Shown here one piece after another: positions 1-10,034 of a stretch of DNA of 64,000 bases. Below the pieces are notes generated by a model. That model did not search any database. It saw nothing but the letters and a program-made list of their open reading frames with translations, and was not told the DNA's origin. Location: positions 1 to 64,000 of IMG/VR virus record IMGVR_UViG_3300028797_000101; one strand, written 5' to 3'. The translations under genes were made by a program, and so were the position numbers. Numbering within the stretch: position 1 is the stretch's first letter; every line of letters begins with the position of its first letter. The stretch comes from a virus (Duplodnaviria > Caudoviricetes).

Positions 1-603
1 TTTCAAAGTTGTTCAAGCTTAACCTCTATTAATATTCCAAGCGGAGTAACTAGTATTGGACGTTCTGCTTTTCAAAGTTGTACAAGCTTAACCTCTATTA
101 CCCTTCCAAATAGCATAACACGTATTGCTGAGCTTGCTTTTGGTTATTGCGCTGGCTTAACCTCTATTATATTCCCAAGCGATGTAACTACAATTACTAC
201 TTGTTTTTCCCACTGTGAAAATTTAACCTCTATTACACTTCCAAGTGGAGCAACAACTATTGTTAGTAGTGCTTTTCAAGATTGTAAAAAATTAATATCT
301 ATTAATATTCCTTCTGGAGTAACTAGAATTGAAGGTTCTACTTTTGGCAGTTGTACAAGCTTACCATCGATTGACATTCCAAGTGGAGTGACCACAATTG
401 GTGGTGCGGCTTTTAGTAACTGCACAAGCTTAACTTCTATCACTTGTCGCGCAACCACACCTCCAACTATTGCAACAAATACTTTCAACAATGTTCCAGC
501 TGATTGTGCTATATACGTTCCCGCAGAAAGCGTAGAGACATACAAAGCAGCTCAGTATTGGAGTGCAAGAGCAGATTACATTCAAGCAATACCTACTACT
601 TAA
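1..603 (+). CDS. BspA-type leucine-rich repeat (LRR_5) protein, C-terminal part (5' truncated by window)
   Basis: Frame 1 is open from base 1: FQSCSSLTSINIPSGVTSIGRSAF... with ~23-aa repeats FxxCxxLxSIxIPxGVTxIxxxAF, then the cap TPPTI...IYVPAESVETYK...W; stop at 601-603. Confidence 0.9.
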   Translation, partial: FQSCSSLTSINIPSGVTSIGRSAFQSCTSLTSITLPNSITRIAELAFGYCAGLTSIIFPSDVTTITTCFSHCENLTSITLPSGATTIVSSAFQDCKKLISINIPSGVTRIEGSTFGSCTSLPSIDIPSGVTTIGGAAFSNCTSLTSITCRATTPPTIATNTFNNVPADCAIYVPAESVETYKAAQYWSARADYIQAIPTT

Positions 604-623
604 TGAAAAGGAGATAATTAAAA

Positions 624-1610
624 ATGATCAAAGTTTTAGAGATTTTAGAAAAGGGAAAAGTTTCAGATTATTTTGGTTCAGATGAGTCTAAAAGACCAAA
701 GATCTTGGCCAGATGTTTCGCCGATACTAAAGAAGAAGTTGTGAAAGGTGCAGTTGTTGAGGGACTCCCTACGGGCTGTATTCTCGCGTCTGGATCAAAA
801 GTTATTGTAGCCGATGGCTCAAGAGGATTTCTAAAGAGTGACGGAACTTGGGGTTGGGAAACTTCCAGCGGCGGGGGTGGTGATAGCAGTAACATTTTTA
901 CTGTTTATGTGTCTGCCAATGCTCAAATGACTGAAGGTTCTTTAGTTACTCCAGCAGCAGATATATTGCGTGCTATAACAGAAGAAAAAATTATTTCTGT
1001 TGTTTTAATTACTAGCAATCAAAAAATAATAGGAACAACGATAGTTAGTGACACCCATATTATGCTTGATTGTGTTATCGGATGGCAATATTGGAACGAT
1101 GCTGAAAAAGTCGAACTGAATATTGTAAATGTTCAATTTGATGCTGCCGATGCAAATCCAACTATTATTATTAGTTGTAAGGATTACATTCTTACGCCGC
1201 TTCCGACAGTATCATCAACAAATGAAGGTTCTGCATTGATGGTTACAGAACAAGGAAAATGGGGTATAGAAAAACCATTACCATCAACAACAGGCAAAGA
1301 AGGCCATGTATTAAAAGTATCCAATGGCAAATGGTCGCCTGAACTTTTAACACCTTATGTTATTATTACTAATAAATTTGATTACGCACTTGGGATCTAT
1401 GCTTCAGTACAATTAACGACTAGTAAATATCCTGAAGGTGGTACACTAACTTGGTCAAGCAGTGATACTTCAACCATAACCGTTGATAATAATGGTCGTA
1501 TTACGGCAGTAGGTAATACAGGAAGTTCTGCTATTATTACTGCAACTTACACATTTAATAACACCCCTTATACAGATTCATTTAGCGTTGAAGCTGGTCA
1601 GGAAATTTAA
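624..1610 (+). CDS. Putative virion protein with C-terminal Ig-like (Big_2) domain
   Basis: C-terminus LTWSSSDTSTITVDNNGRITAVGNTGSSAIITAT fits the Big_2 pattern; LP-x-x-x-x-x-x-G-x-x-L-x-V-x-x-x-G-K-W fibre-like repeats; SD AAGGAG. Confidence 0.7.
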   Translation: MIKVLEILEKGKVSDYFGSDESKRPKILARCFADTKEEVVKGAVVEGLPTGCILASGSKVIVADGSRGFLKSDGTWGWETSSGGGGDSSNIFTVYVSANAQMTEGSLVTPAADILRAITEEKIISVVLITSNQKIIGTTIVSDTHIMLDCVIGWQYWNDAEKVELNIVNVQFDAADANPTIIISCKDYILTPLPTVSSTNEGSALMVTEQGKWGIEKPLPSTTGKEGHVLKVSNGKWSPELLTPYVIITNKFDYALGIYASVQLTTSKYPEGGTLTWSSSDTSTITVDNNGRITAVGNTGSSAIITATYTFNNTPYTDSFSVEAGQEI

Positions 1611-1686
1611 TATTTAATTGTTGTGATGTTAAGTATCTGATTTTACACCACTATACACTGTGGTTTAAATAAAGAAGAAAAACAAA

Positions 1687-1890
1687 ATGGGAAGAAAGCC
1701 TAAAACCGCACTTTTAAGAAAATGTGACAGATGTGGAACACCACAGAAACCGTCTAAAGTCAATCCAGATTCTGCATGGGCAATCGAATATGAACCCAAT
1801 AAGACTTGCGAGTGTGGTGGTAAATTCCATTTTACTCAAGTACCATACGCAGAATATGAAGATTTTAGAAAATCATCAGGCCTTCGTTAA
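1687..1890 (+). CDS. Small Zn-ribbon protein
   Basis: CDRCG...CECGG cysteine pairs. Confidence 0.55.
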   Translation: MGRKPKTALLRKCDRCGTPQKPSKVNPDSAWAIEYEPNKTCECGGKFHFTQVPYAEYEDFRKSSGLR

Positions 1891-2020
1891 AGTATTCAAG
1901 ATGGTAGTTTAATGTCTCAACCAGAATTAGAGACGCAAAATATCTGAAAAATCCATCGGAAGATGTGAGTACATAATCTCACCCATCAGCCAATACACTA
2001 GTTCGTTCTAAGGAGGGTAC

Positions 2021-2149
2021 ATGAAAATCATTGCAAAAATCTTAGGAAACATTCTTACAGTTTTAGGAAGTTTGATGATCGCCTTTTATATCTTGGCTGG
2101 ATCGTTTTTCTATATCAAAGCTGTCGTAGAATTTTTCACTAGAAGTTAG
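2021..2149 (+). CDS. Small membrane peptide (42 aa, not in ORF track)
   Basis: SD AAGGAGG then MKIIAKILGNILTVLGSLMIAFYILAGSFFYIKAVVEFFTRS*. Confidence 0.6.
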   Translation: MKIIAKILGNILTVLGSLMIAFYILAGSFFYIKAVVEFFTRS

Positions 2150-2333
2150 TTGTGCATCATAAGTAGTTGATACTCCTGGGTGGAGATTGAATGTATAGAA
2201 TGCTTCTTGGTTAAAGTGTTCATAGCTATCCCCAAATTAGATGGTGAGGATAAAGCCGAACCCGTAGTTAATTAGTGCCTATAACGAAAAGGGATAAAGG
2301 CAAATTACAAAGATTACATGAAAAGGTGATAAC

Positions 2334-2513
2334 ATGAATGAAGCAGAGTTGAAAGAAGCCATTAAACGAAAAGATTGTGAATATCGTCACGAAAACGGAA
2401 ATTGCCTAAAGGTTGGTGGTTTTTGTACCTCCGTATCTAATAAGTATTGCCCAAAATGTAAAACATCCGAAGTTATAGATCTAGGAATCGTTATGGATGA
2501 TGACGGATTTTAA
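2334..2513 (+). CDS. Small Cys-rich protein (59 aa, not in ORF track)
   Basis: SD AAGGTGAT then MNEAELKEAIKRKDCEYRHENGNCLKVGGFCTSVSNKYCPKC... Confidence 0.55.
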   Translation: MNEAELKEAIKRKDCEYRHENGNCLKVGGFCTSVSNKYCPKCKTSEVIDLGIVMDDDGF

Positions 2514-2549
2514 CTTGCGCAAATAACGGGTTCTTTGAGAGGATCTATC

Positions 2550-2837
2550 ATGTTAGAATTGATCATTAAACTTGTATTTTGTCATTTGCTTGGAGATTAC
2601 GTTTTGCAAATAGACTTCATTGCACAATCAAAGGGCAAAAACCTATATCACTTGTTTGTGCATTGTGCTTTGTACTGCGTCCCATTTTATTTGTGTTTTG
2701 GACTTGATTGGAAATTGCTTGTTGTGTTTGTGACGCATCTAATCATTGACTACCTGAAGGCACGCAAGCAAGCTATAAATTACGTCACAGATCAAGCATT
2801 GCATTACATTGTAGTGCTGATTTACTTACTACAATGA
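2550..2837 (+). CDS. DUF3307-like membrane protein
   Basis: HLLGDYVLQ...K...HCALY...HLIIDY.K...DQALH pattern; ATG 2550 follows GAGAGG. Confidence 0.75.
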   Translation: MLELIIKLVFCHLLGDYVLQIDFIAQSKGKNLYHLFVHCALYCVPFYLCFGLDWKLLVVFVTHLIIDYLKARKQAINYVTDQALHYIVVLIYLLQ

Positions 2838-2887
2838 AGTGTTCATAAGGAGATTTACTATAGCTACAAAGATGGAGGTACAACGAA

Positions 2888-3229
2888 ATGTTTGATGATC
2901 TTTCAAGAATTGAACGATCCTACGGATCTCTTGCAGAATACAACAGGTCGCGTGACGAGGAAGAAGCTCATGAGTATGAACTTCAGATGAAACGGAATGA
3001 GAAATGCAAAGCAAACAAAAAGCAGCTAGAAGACAATGCGGACATTGTTGTATGGTTCTCTTATGATTGTGTAAATTGTAAGTATTACGAAGACGTTGGC
3101 CCGACATATTGGAACCCAACTACAATGGATATAGACGACGTAGAACACGGGCTATGTCACAATTGTAATAGAAATGAATGTCCTGTGTGGAGAGAGCAAC
3201 ACGAAGCTTCATCTCTAGTAACTGTTTGA
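2888..3229 (+). CDS. Hypothetical protein (Cys-containing)
   Basis: SD GGAGGT, 113 aa. Confidence 0.6.
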   Translation: MFDDLSRIERSYGSLAEYNRSRDEEEAHEYELQMKRNEKCKANKKQLEDNADIVVWFSYDCVNCKYYEDVGPTYWNPTTMDIDDVEHGLCHNCNRNECPVWREQHEASSLVTV

Positions 3230-3290
3230 CAAAGTTACGCTGTACCTCAGTCTTTGAACGGAGACATAAACTAAATAAATCTAGAAACTG

Positions 3291-3329
3291 GGGCTAAAGG
3301 TTAGAGATCATACCTTCAGCCCTTATTTT
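3291..3329 (+). terminator. Intrinsic terminator
   Basis: GGGCTAAAGGT...ACCTTCAGCCC stem followed by TTATTTT. Confidence 0.65.
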
Positions 3330-3385
3330 ATTCTGTATTAGATAAAACCTTTTCTATATACATAACAATAGAAGGAGGCAATACA

Positions 3386-6300
3386 ATGAATCCATCTGGC
3401 AAAGTAAAATTCGTGTACGTAGAGGGAGAAAATCTTCCATCAACTGTCGATGATTCGACGATGTACATTGTAGGCACAACTCCAAAAACATTATACATAG
3501 GATCAGATGCTATCGGTGGCGGTACAGATCTCAGCCAGGACATCATTTCATTAAATAATAGTGATGATCTGGAAGGTAAAATTTCATTCTATGCCTCGGG
3601 TGATCTGTCGGTACCTACAGAAACAGTAGACAATCTACCATTGAAGGATTCCTATGCTGATTTGTTTACATATGAGTTAAATGTAAAAGACGCTACAATC
3701 ACTTCAGAAACCGAGCCAATTGACACCAGCAGTTTCTATGAAGATTATAATTTGCAGATAACTCATACAATAACAGTATATGATCCCGCTGATCAAAGTG
3801 ATCCATATGCGGAGGAAACTATTCCTTATTCGGTCCCAGAACTTGTAAATTTGCACAGGTACAATTGTAAGTATCTTGAAAATGCAGATCCATACATGTA
3901 CTACTACTACTTCACAGATGAAGCTAATTCTGTTTTATATGAAGCTTGGTCAAAAGAAGTACCATTAGCAGTAGATAGCTTAGGTGACGATTCATACGGT
4001 CAACTAGTTTCCTACGATTATGATAATGTATCTGTAAATGTTGTTGATTTTTCTGATCTCTCAAATACAGATATTGTATTATTCATTGATGGGGAGCGAT
4101 CAGATCATAATGACTTTCCTTTAGTGTCATTAGATCCAACCATTAAAACTAACATAATCAAATATGATAGTACCGATTCAAGTTCAGAAACCGCTATCGT
4201 CAGCCACTTAAAATTCATAGATGATACATTCTATGAGAAAAAATCATATGGTATTTTTGTAGATTTCATTCATGGATTCATGGGAGAAAAATATTTGATT
4301 TTCCCTATTTGGAACAATATGTTTGAGGAGTCTATTAGAGGAAATAGATTCATCAAAGGTGCTGTAACTCCATTAGTAGAAGGAGAATTTGCAGTATTTG
4401 AATATAACACCAGCTTCCTTATATATTCAGATTTCGCTGATGTAACTTATAAAGGTTCGTATTATTGCTTTGATCCAACCCGGAACCATCAAAGACTTCT
4501 AGTGGAACAGAATCCGCTAGGTAACAAATATCCGGCATCATATCTATACTACAATACGTTATCTGTTGATGAAACTGCATCTTCAGAAGAAATAGCAAAT
4601 CAATATCTACATGTAGAATTTTCCAAGAACGGATTATTTTACAATAAAGATTCTAAAGAATTATCATCACAAGATATAACTAATGCCCTGGAATATACTC
4701 CTGCTGATAGTGCATTATTAGGTAAAAGATTAAGTTACAACGGAATAACTTTTGCAGATGGTAGCACAAATCCAAATCGCTATCCAAACATCAAAATAAA
4801 TTATAAACAATTTGCATTTGATCCGGTTGCTAAGATTTATCCAGCTATTGCACCATATTATGTAGAGCAAGTAGAGTCTCTTAATAGAATTGGATCATAT
4901 ATACGTTGTGATGATGGATTTTCTTATGGCTATACACTTGTCTCGTTTGGTGACGAATTTTATGATTCTTCTTCTGGTACTTATAAGAAGATGCAAATTA
5001 CTTGTCCCTATAATAATAAGAAATACAGCTATCACTATGCTGCCGAATCAACTTATTATAGTAGCTGGACTAGTGAAATTTACAGTAATAAGGTCTTAGT
5101 TGCAATAGAAGAATACGATCCGGAATATGGTAGTGACAGACAATATATTTATTATTTGGAACCTGCACAAGATTCATCTAATGATCAATTGATAAAACTA
5201 GAAGTAACCGAAGACGATACAGATTTCTATGTTGATTTCAATGGAACGCGACAAACTAGTGGATATGTTATCCTTACTGATTATAATGAGGGTTATTATG
5301 TTAGAAGCTATGAATTATTTGATAATGTATCAGATGGTTTAGCATACGCTAAATACTATTATGATCATGCACTCCCTCTTCAAGACATTCATCAAAGAAT
5401 AAATACTATATATCCTGGATTTTATATTGATATCCATAAAAGAGAATTATATCTAATGGATTTCATGGAGTCCTATAATGGTAGATCTTTTGAAGTTGGA
5501 TACAATAGAGAACAACTTTATTGGTATCAATCTACAGCTAGTAATGATCCCGATCACCCTCAGTATAGCGCGTCTGCTACTCCTGAATCAGGGAAGCCGA
5601 TTTTCTATACTAGACCTCGATCTATTTGGAAGCCTTATACAATCACCTCAGCATCGGAGGGAGATTTAGTAATCAAGCCTCATTATGATGAACAGCCTAC
5701 TGCTTATACTATATTTTTTGCAGGATTTGTAGGACAATATGGAGATATATATCAAAAAGCAAGTTTGAAATTTGATTATTATAGTGGAAGCTACGCTCCT
5801 ATTGAAGAGACAACATTGATTAGAGAAAAAATCAATGATATGGATAGCGCTACTAAAGAATATGTAGATGAGGAAATTGCGAGTCATGCCTATACACTTC
5901 CCATCGCATCAGCTTCAACACTTGGTGGCGTTAAGATTGGAGATAATCTCTCTATCGACGAGAATGGTGTACTTTCCGGAGAGGATCCAATTCAAGTTTC
6001 AACTATGCCTGAACCTACTTCAGAGTTAGCAGGAAGAGTAGTTCAGTACATTGGAGTAACTAACGCCAATTACACTAATGGGTACTTCTACAAGTGTGAG
6101 AAGAATCCTGATGGACCTACTCCTGGATCTTATGAAGGTCCTGATGGAAATATCTATCCTTATAAGCTAGTGATTGCTGATTCTGGGCTTGGTGGTGGAC
6201 CTTATACTTTCTTTAGTATGTATCCATTTATATTCTGTGAGGAGAATACAGGCACCTCTGATGGAAGGAAGTATTATGTGCTTTTAACAGGTGCTAGACA

Positions 6301-6817
6301 TGCATCGCCTGAGTCATCGGTTACATGTTTGAGTGGTATAGAAACAACTAGTAATTCAAAGACTATTAGTTTGTCTGATCTTTATCCTCAATCCTCGAGC
6401 TACATAATGAATAACTCAACTGTTAAGGGCTACTATAATAATAATCAGAATTTTCCATATAATTGGACTACTTCTATATTAGCTACTAATGTATCTGGAT
6501 TGGCTGTGCCTATTATTCAGACTAAGGCTGCTGCTTATGCTTATGCATTTGCTGATCCGTATATTTGGACACAAGTAGATACACAAGATGCTTATGTATT
6601 ACCAACCGCGGATTCTTCTACCCTTGGTGGCGTTAAAGTAGGTGATGGTTTGTCTATTGATGGAAGTGGTGTGCTTTCTGTAAATACGTATCAAGAAATT
6701 ATAGATGCTAGAACTGGTGTAGATGGTACAACTTATGCCGATTTAGGAACAGCTATAAGATCTCAGATTAGTGATTTAGCCAGTGGAGTTATTGCAGCGC
6801 TAAATGCTAATTACTAA
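3386..6817 (+). CDS. Large fibre/adhesin-like virion protein (1143 aa)
   Basis: Two YxLPxAxxSTLGGVKxGDxLSIDxxGVLS fibre repeats, ATKEYVD motif and EIIDARTG motif; N-terminus shared with 52268; preceded by the ACCTT motif. Confidence 0.65.
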   Translation: MNPSGKVKFVYVEGENLPSTVDDSTMYIVGTTPKTLYIGSDAIGGGTDLSQDIISLNNSDDLEGKISFYASGDLSVPTETVDNLPLKDSYADLFTYELNVKDATITSETEPIDTSSFYEDYNLQITHTITVYDPADQSDPYAEETIPYSVPELVNLHRYNCKYLENADPYMYYYYFTDEANSVLYEAWSKEVPLAVDSLGDDSYGQLVSYDYDNVSVNVVDFSDLSNTDIVLFIDGERSDHNDFPLVSLDPTIKTNIIKYDSTDSSSETAIVSHLKFIDDTFYEKKSYGIFVDFIHGFMGEKYLIFPIWNNMFEESIRGNRFIKGAVTPLVEGEFAVFEYNTSFLIYSDFADVTYKGSYYCFDPTRNHQRLLVEQNPLGNKYPASYLYYNTLSVDETASSEEIANQYLHVEFSKNGLFYNKDSKELSSQDITNALEYTPADSALLGKRLSYNGITFADGSTNPNRYPNIKINYKQFAFDPVAKIYPAIAPYYVEQVESLNRIGSYIRCDDGFSYGYTLVSFGDEFYDSSSGTYKKMQITCPYNNKKYSYHYAAESTYYSSWTSEIYSNKVLVAIEEYDPEYGSDRQYIYYLEPAQDSSNDQLIKLEVTEDDTDFYVDFNGTRQTSGYVILTDYNEGYYVRSYELFDNVSDGLAYAKYYYDHALPLQDIHQRINTIYPGFYIDIHKRELYLMDFMESYNGRSFEVGYNREQLYWYQSTASNDPDHPQYSASATPESGKPIFYTRPRSIWKPYTITSASEGDLVIKPHYDEQPTAYTIFFAGFVGQYGDIYQKASLKFDYYSGSYAPIEETTLIREKINDMDSATKEYVDEEIASHAYTLPIASASTLGGVKIGDNLSIDENGVLSGEDPIQVSTMPEPTSELAGRVVQYIGVTNANYTNGYFYKCEKNPDGPTPGSYEGPDGNIYPYKLVIADSGLGGGPYTFFSMYPFIFCEENTGTSDGRKYYVLLTGARHASPESSVTCLSGIETTSNSKTISLSDLYPQSSSYIMNNSTVKGYYNNNQNFPYNWTTSILATNVSGLAVPIIQTKAAAYAYAFADPYIWTQVDTQDAYVLPTADSSTLGGVKVGDGLSIDGSGVLSVNTYQEIIDARTGVDGTTYADLGTAIRSQISDLASGVIAALNANY

Positions 6818-6831
6818 AGGTAGGTGATAAC

Positions 6832-8337
6832 TTGAAAACTGATGCGGAGATCAAAGTACTCATCAATGATCACTTCAAAGCTATAGATGGTAGAGAAGCT
6901 GGATTAAATAATGATACACTAAACGCCTTGCTAGCATTTTGGAAGAATAATTTAGGATCAGAATTAGTTATACGTAAAGACACTACTCATACAACAAATC
7001 AAGATCCTCAAATTGTTATTGGTTTCAATGTAACAAAAAGTGGCGATTCATTTTCCGTCAGCACTCCTGCAAAAAGTTGGACAAATTATCAATGGGCAAA
7101 TGCTGGAGGTTATTATCACATCATATATGAATACACTGATCAAACTCCTCCGACCTTCATATGTAATGCTGCTTATGATAATGTGGGCACATATTATGAC
7201 AATGTTTACACTACAATAGCAAAAGCTCTAGCAGCTGAAAGAAATTTATTTGGAAGAATGGCTGATGCGATCAGATATGTGAATGGTTCTAGTTCCACAA
7301 TCAATGGGCAAGATATTCCAAATGAAATAAGAGCATTAAAAGAAATAAGTCCTGTAGTAAAAACTTATGATAATCTAACAGACTATCTTACTGACATTGG
7401 GCAAATACTATATCCTAATGCCGAAAGACCTCCGAAACCTATTCCTGTAGTAGGGCCAGATGGCGAGAGTTACAACTTTGTTATAAATCCTACCATTTCT
7501 GCAGGCGGCGGAGAGTATAAGTTTTATTCAAGACACCCATTCTGCATTTCGAAAGAAATAACAAATTCTACAGGATATTCGCTATTAACAGCAGGAAAAG
7601 CAGATGATACATCATCCGGTGCAGATACATTATATACAATAAATACAAGACAAGGTACTTATGGTACTTCTTTAAGCAATGTTACAAGCGGTGCAAGCGC
7701 AGATGGTGCTGTAAGTGGTGAATGGTATCAAACAGGTCTTAGCTCTTGGACAACATTTCCTTATAACTGGTCTGTATGGTTAACAGAAGCAGAAGCTACT
7801 GCCGCTAATGTTCCGATATTCGATACGAATGACGAAGCTTTGGAATATTGTTTGAAATCACCGGTAATCAATGCTCAAGATTTCCCTCAAGCAATTCTTG
7901 CACTTGATAATAAATATTTAGCTCCTAATGGCCAAAAGTACTACTATAAGTACACCTACTATGGAATATATTCTTATCAAGGTTTTACAGCAGACTTTGA
8001 TGTATATACAAACATTAAGATAGGATGCTTGTCTACAGATCGAAAAGCTTATGCTTTATACAATGGAACAATGGTAAAAGTTGCTGTTAATAGTGCTCCT
8101 GCCGGAACCTATACGAATGGCGATAGCGGATCAGCTAGTAACGACTATGTTCACTATAATCAAAGCGGCTATACAAGCTACTATATCGAGCAGTGTTACT
8201 ATAGCAGAAGCGGACAGAATGGTATTCAATTGATTGTAGTAAAAGATCCAAGTGAGCCAAATTATCCTGGAAGTTTCAATAGCACTTTCCCGATATTCTC
8301 AACAGAGCAAGCTCTTCTTGAATATTTAAATTCCTGA
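6832..8337 (+). CDS. Fibre-associated protein with two copies of a domain shared with the upstream fibre
   Basis: GPDG..Y....GGG.Y.F.S..PF...FPYNW...VPI module; ADAIR....G....INGQDIP..I.AL motif. Confidence 0.55.
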   Translation: MKTDAEIKVLINDHFKAIDGREAGLNNDTLNALLAFWKNNLGSELVIRKDTTHTTNQDPQIVIGFNVTKSGDSFSVSTPAKSWTNYQWANAGGYYHIIYEYTDQTPPTFICNAAYDNVGTYYDNVYTTIAKALAAERNLFGRMADAIRYVNGSSSTINGQDIPNEIRALKEISPVVKTYDNLTDYLTDIGQILYPNAERPPKPIPVVGPDGESYNFVINPTISAGGGEYKFYSRHPFCISKEITNSTGYSLLTAGKADDTSSGADTLYTINTRQGTYGTSLSNVTSGASADGAVSGEWYQTGLSSWTTFPYNWSVWLTEAEATAANVPIFDTNDEALEYCLKSPVINAQDFPQAILALDNKYLAPNGQKYYYKYTYYGIYSYQGFTADFDVYTNIKIGCLSTDRKAYALYNGTMVKVAVNSAPAGTYTNGDSGSASNDYVHYNQSGYTSYYIEQCYYSRSGQNGIQLIVVKDPSEPNYPGSFNSTFPIFSTEQALLEYLNS

Positions 8338-8389
8338 TATTATCAAAAACAGTTGGTTGTTTATCCAATTAGATTGATCACTGCAGTTC

Positions 8390-8429
8390 AATAACAGTTA
8401 GGGCGCATTGTGTTCTAGCTGTTATTTTT
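8390..8429 (+). terminator. Intrinsic terminator
   Basis: AATAACAGTTAGGG...TTCTAGCTGTTATT plus T-run. Confidence 0.7.
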
Positions 8430-8492
8430 ATTGCTTCGTTATAATCATATGAACAAAAAGATATTCAGATACACGAAAGGAGAGCAACAAAC

Positions 8493-8981
8493 ATGTTCAT
8501 ATGTCATCCTTGTTTGAGTACTACAATTGAAATGATGACGCTTCTAGAGAACGCATGTATCATAAGAATCTTACCCTCACAGTCCTGGCGAGTTAAACTA
8601 TGTAGAAGCGATTCAATGAGTGTTCAATGCAGATATCAGAACATACTCGTCAATCTGAGCTTGCCGGAGTTTCAAAATATATTTGGTTCAGAATGTCTTG
8701 AAGCTTTGTTAGATCACAACGCTATGCTTCGATACGAATCTTCTAAAAAGTATCGTAATACACATAACGGGCGATTACGGACTCAAATTGCTGTCAATAA
8801 ATATAGAAATAAGAACCAAGAAAACGCCTACAAGCGCGGGTTTAGATACACTGAGAAGGATCTGGAATTCTTTGATAAGGTGATAGCCGGAGAAATCACA
8901 ATTTCCGAAGCTGCTGTTGCTCTTGAAAGAAGTAATCAAGCAATTCAATGTAAACTTCATCAGATCCGGTACAACATGTGA
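8493..8981 (+). CDS. Hypothetical protein, possible C-terminal HTH
   Basis: ITISEAAVALERSNQAIQCKL looks like helix-turn-helix; SD AAGGAG. Confidence 0.5.
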   Translation: MFICHPCLSTTIEMMTLLENACIIRILPSQSWRVKLCRSDSMSVQCRYQNILVNLSLPEFQNIFGSECLEALLDHNAMLRYESSKKYRNTHNGRLRTQIAVNKYRNKNQENAYKRGFRYTEKDLEFFDKVIAGEITISEAAVALERSNQAIQCKLHQIRYNM

Positions 8982-9059
8982 TAATTACCTTCATTCAACC
9001 TTTAATATCAGTGATATCTCAATGATCTCAAAGTAATTCTAGAGAGGTGGATAAGTCAC

Positions 9060-9641
9060 ATGAAGAAATATATCAAGTCAAGTTCATCAGCTTATGGTTG
9101 GTGGAATCAGTACTACAACGACATGAGCATCGAGGAAGCTTGCAAAGAAACAAATCAGACTCCTGAAGAGCTCATTGCAGAGTATCAGGAAGTTGCTGAC
9201 TCGTATGGTTACACCTTCAGAGGTTTGCTAGAAGCAAAACCTGAGTACTTCGATAACTTAGATGAGCTGTGGTGCATCAGCAAGTACACTGATGAAAGGG
9301 GCAACCTTGTTGTGGGCCTGCAGATCAACGATCGTCTTTACACGGTAGATCAGCAAGAAGTTCTTGACAAACTAACTTCTGATGAGGACGAAATGGAAGA
9401 AGACCCTTTGAGCGCATATGAAGATCAAGGTTTCAGCGTAGAGCAGCTTGAAGAAATCCAAAAAGGTCTTATGGATGGATTAGACGTCAGTGTATATGCA
9501 GATCCAAAGTATGACTTTTGGCAGATGCGCGAAATCAGACGGGGTCTTAAATCAGGAGTTGACGTCAGTCAATACGCAGACCCAAAATTCAATGGTAGTC
9601 AGATGTTTGCAATCAGAAAAGATCTTGAAGATAAGCAATAG
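9060..9641 (+). CDS. MKKYIKSS-tagged protein with ~24-aa DVSxYADPKF repeats
   Basis: N-terminal tag; C-terminal repeats QxxEIxxGLxxGxDVSxYADPKF. Confidence 0.8.
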   Translation: MKKYIKSSSSAYGWWNQYYNDMSIEEACKETNQTPEELIAEYQEVADSYGYTFRGLLEAKPEYFDNLDELWCISKYTDERGNLVVGLQINDRLYTVDQQEVLDKLTSDEDEMEEDPLSAYEDQGFSVEQLEEIQKGLMDGLDVSVYADPKYDFWQMREIRRGLKSGVDVSQYADPKFNGSQMFAIRKDLEDKQ

Positions 9642-9662
9642 AAGATTTGGAGGATTTCTTAC

Positions 9663-10034
9663 ATGAAAAGATTCATAGTAGCTTCAACTGAAGATGATTG
9701 GGAGTGGAACCCGTTTTCAAATGGTACATATTGCGTCTCTGGTGACTACACTGTGAAGTACACCAACGACCCTAAGACTGCTATCAAGATGTGGTATCAG
9801 CTGCAGAAGAAAGATCCGATGGGCGTCGCTATATCCTGCTTGACAAAAGAACAAGCAATTGCACTTTGCAAAGCAGCTACAGAAGATTACATCTATTCTT
9901 TAGCTGAGAAATACAAGTGCCCTTACAAGCCGGAATGGCTTGTTGACGAAGCTGTTAGAAAGGTAGCTGACGGTCAAGAATATTTTCATGAAAGCGATTA
10001 CGGTGATACCATACATCCTTTCGGAGTAGGCTGA
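9663..10034 (+). CDS. Tagged hypothetical protein (MKRFIVAS)
   Basis: SD GGAGG, N-terminal tag. Confidence 0.8.
   Translation: MKRFIVASTEDDWEWNPFSNGTYCVSGDYTVKYTNDPKTAIKMWYQLQKKDPMGVAISCLTKEQAIALCKAATEDYIYSLAEKYKCPYKPEWLVDEAVRKVADGQEYFHESDYGDTIHPFGVG

Noticed and set aside
1-603. Diversity-generating retroelement
   Set aside because: No reverse transcriptase or adenine-specific template/variable repeat pair seen in the window
1900-2333. Possible tRNA/ncRNA in poorly coding stretches
   Set aside because: No cloverleaf or recognisable family motif by eye; partly explained by small ORFs. An Infernal/tRNAscan run would be needed
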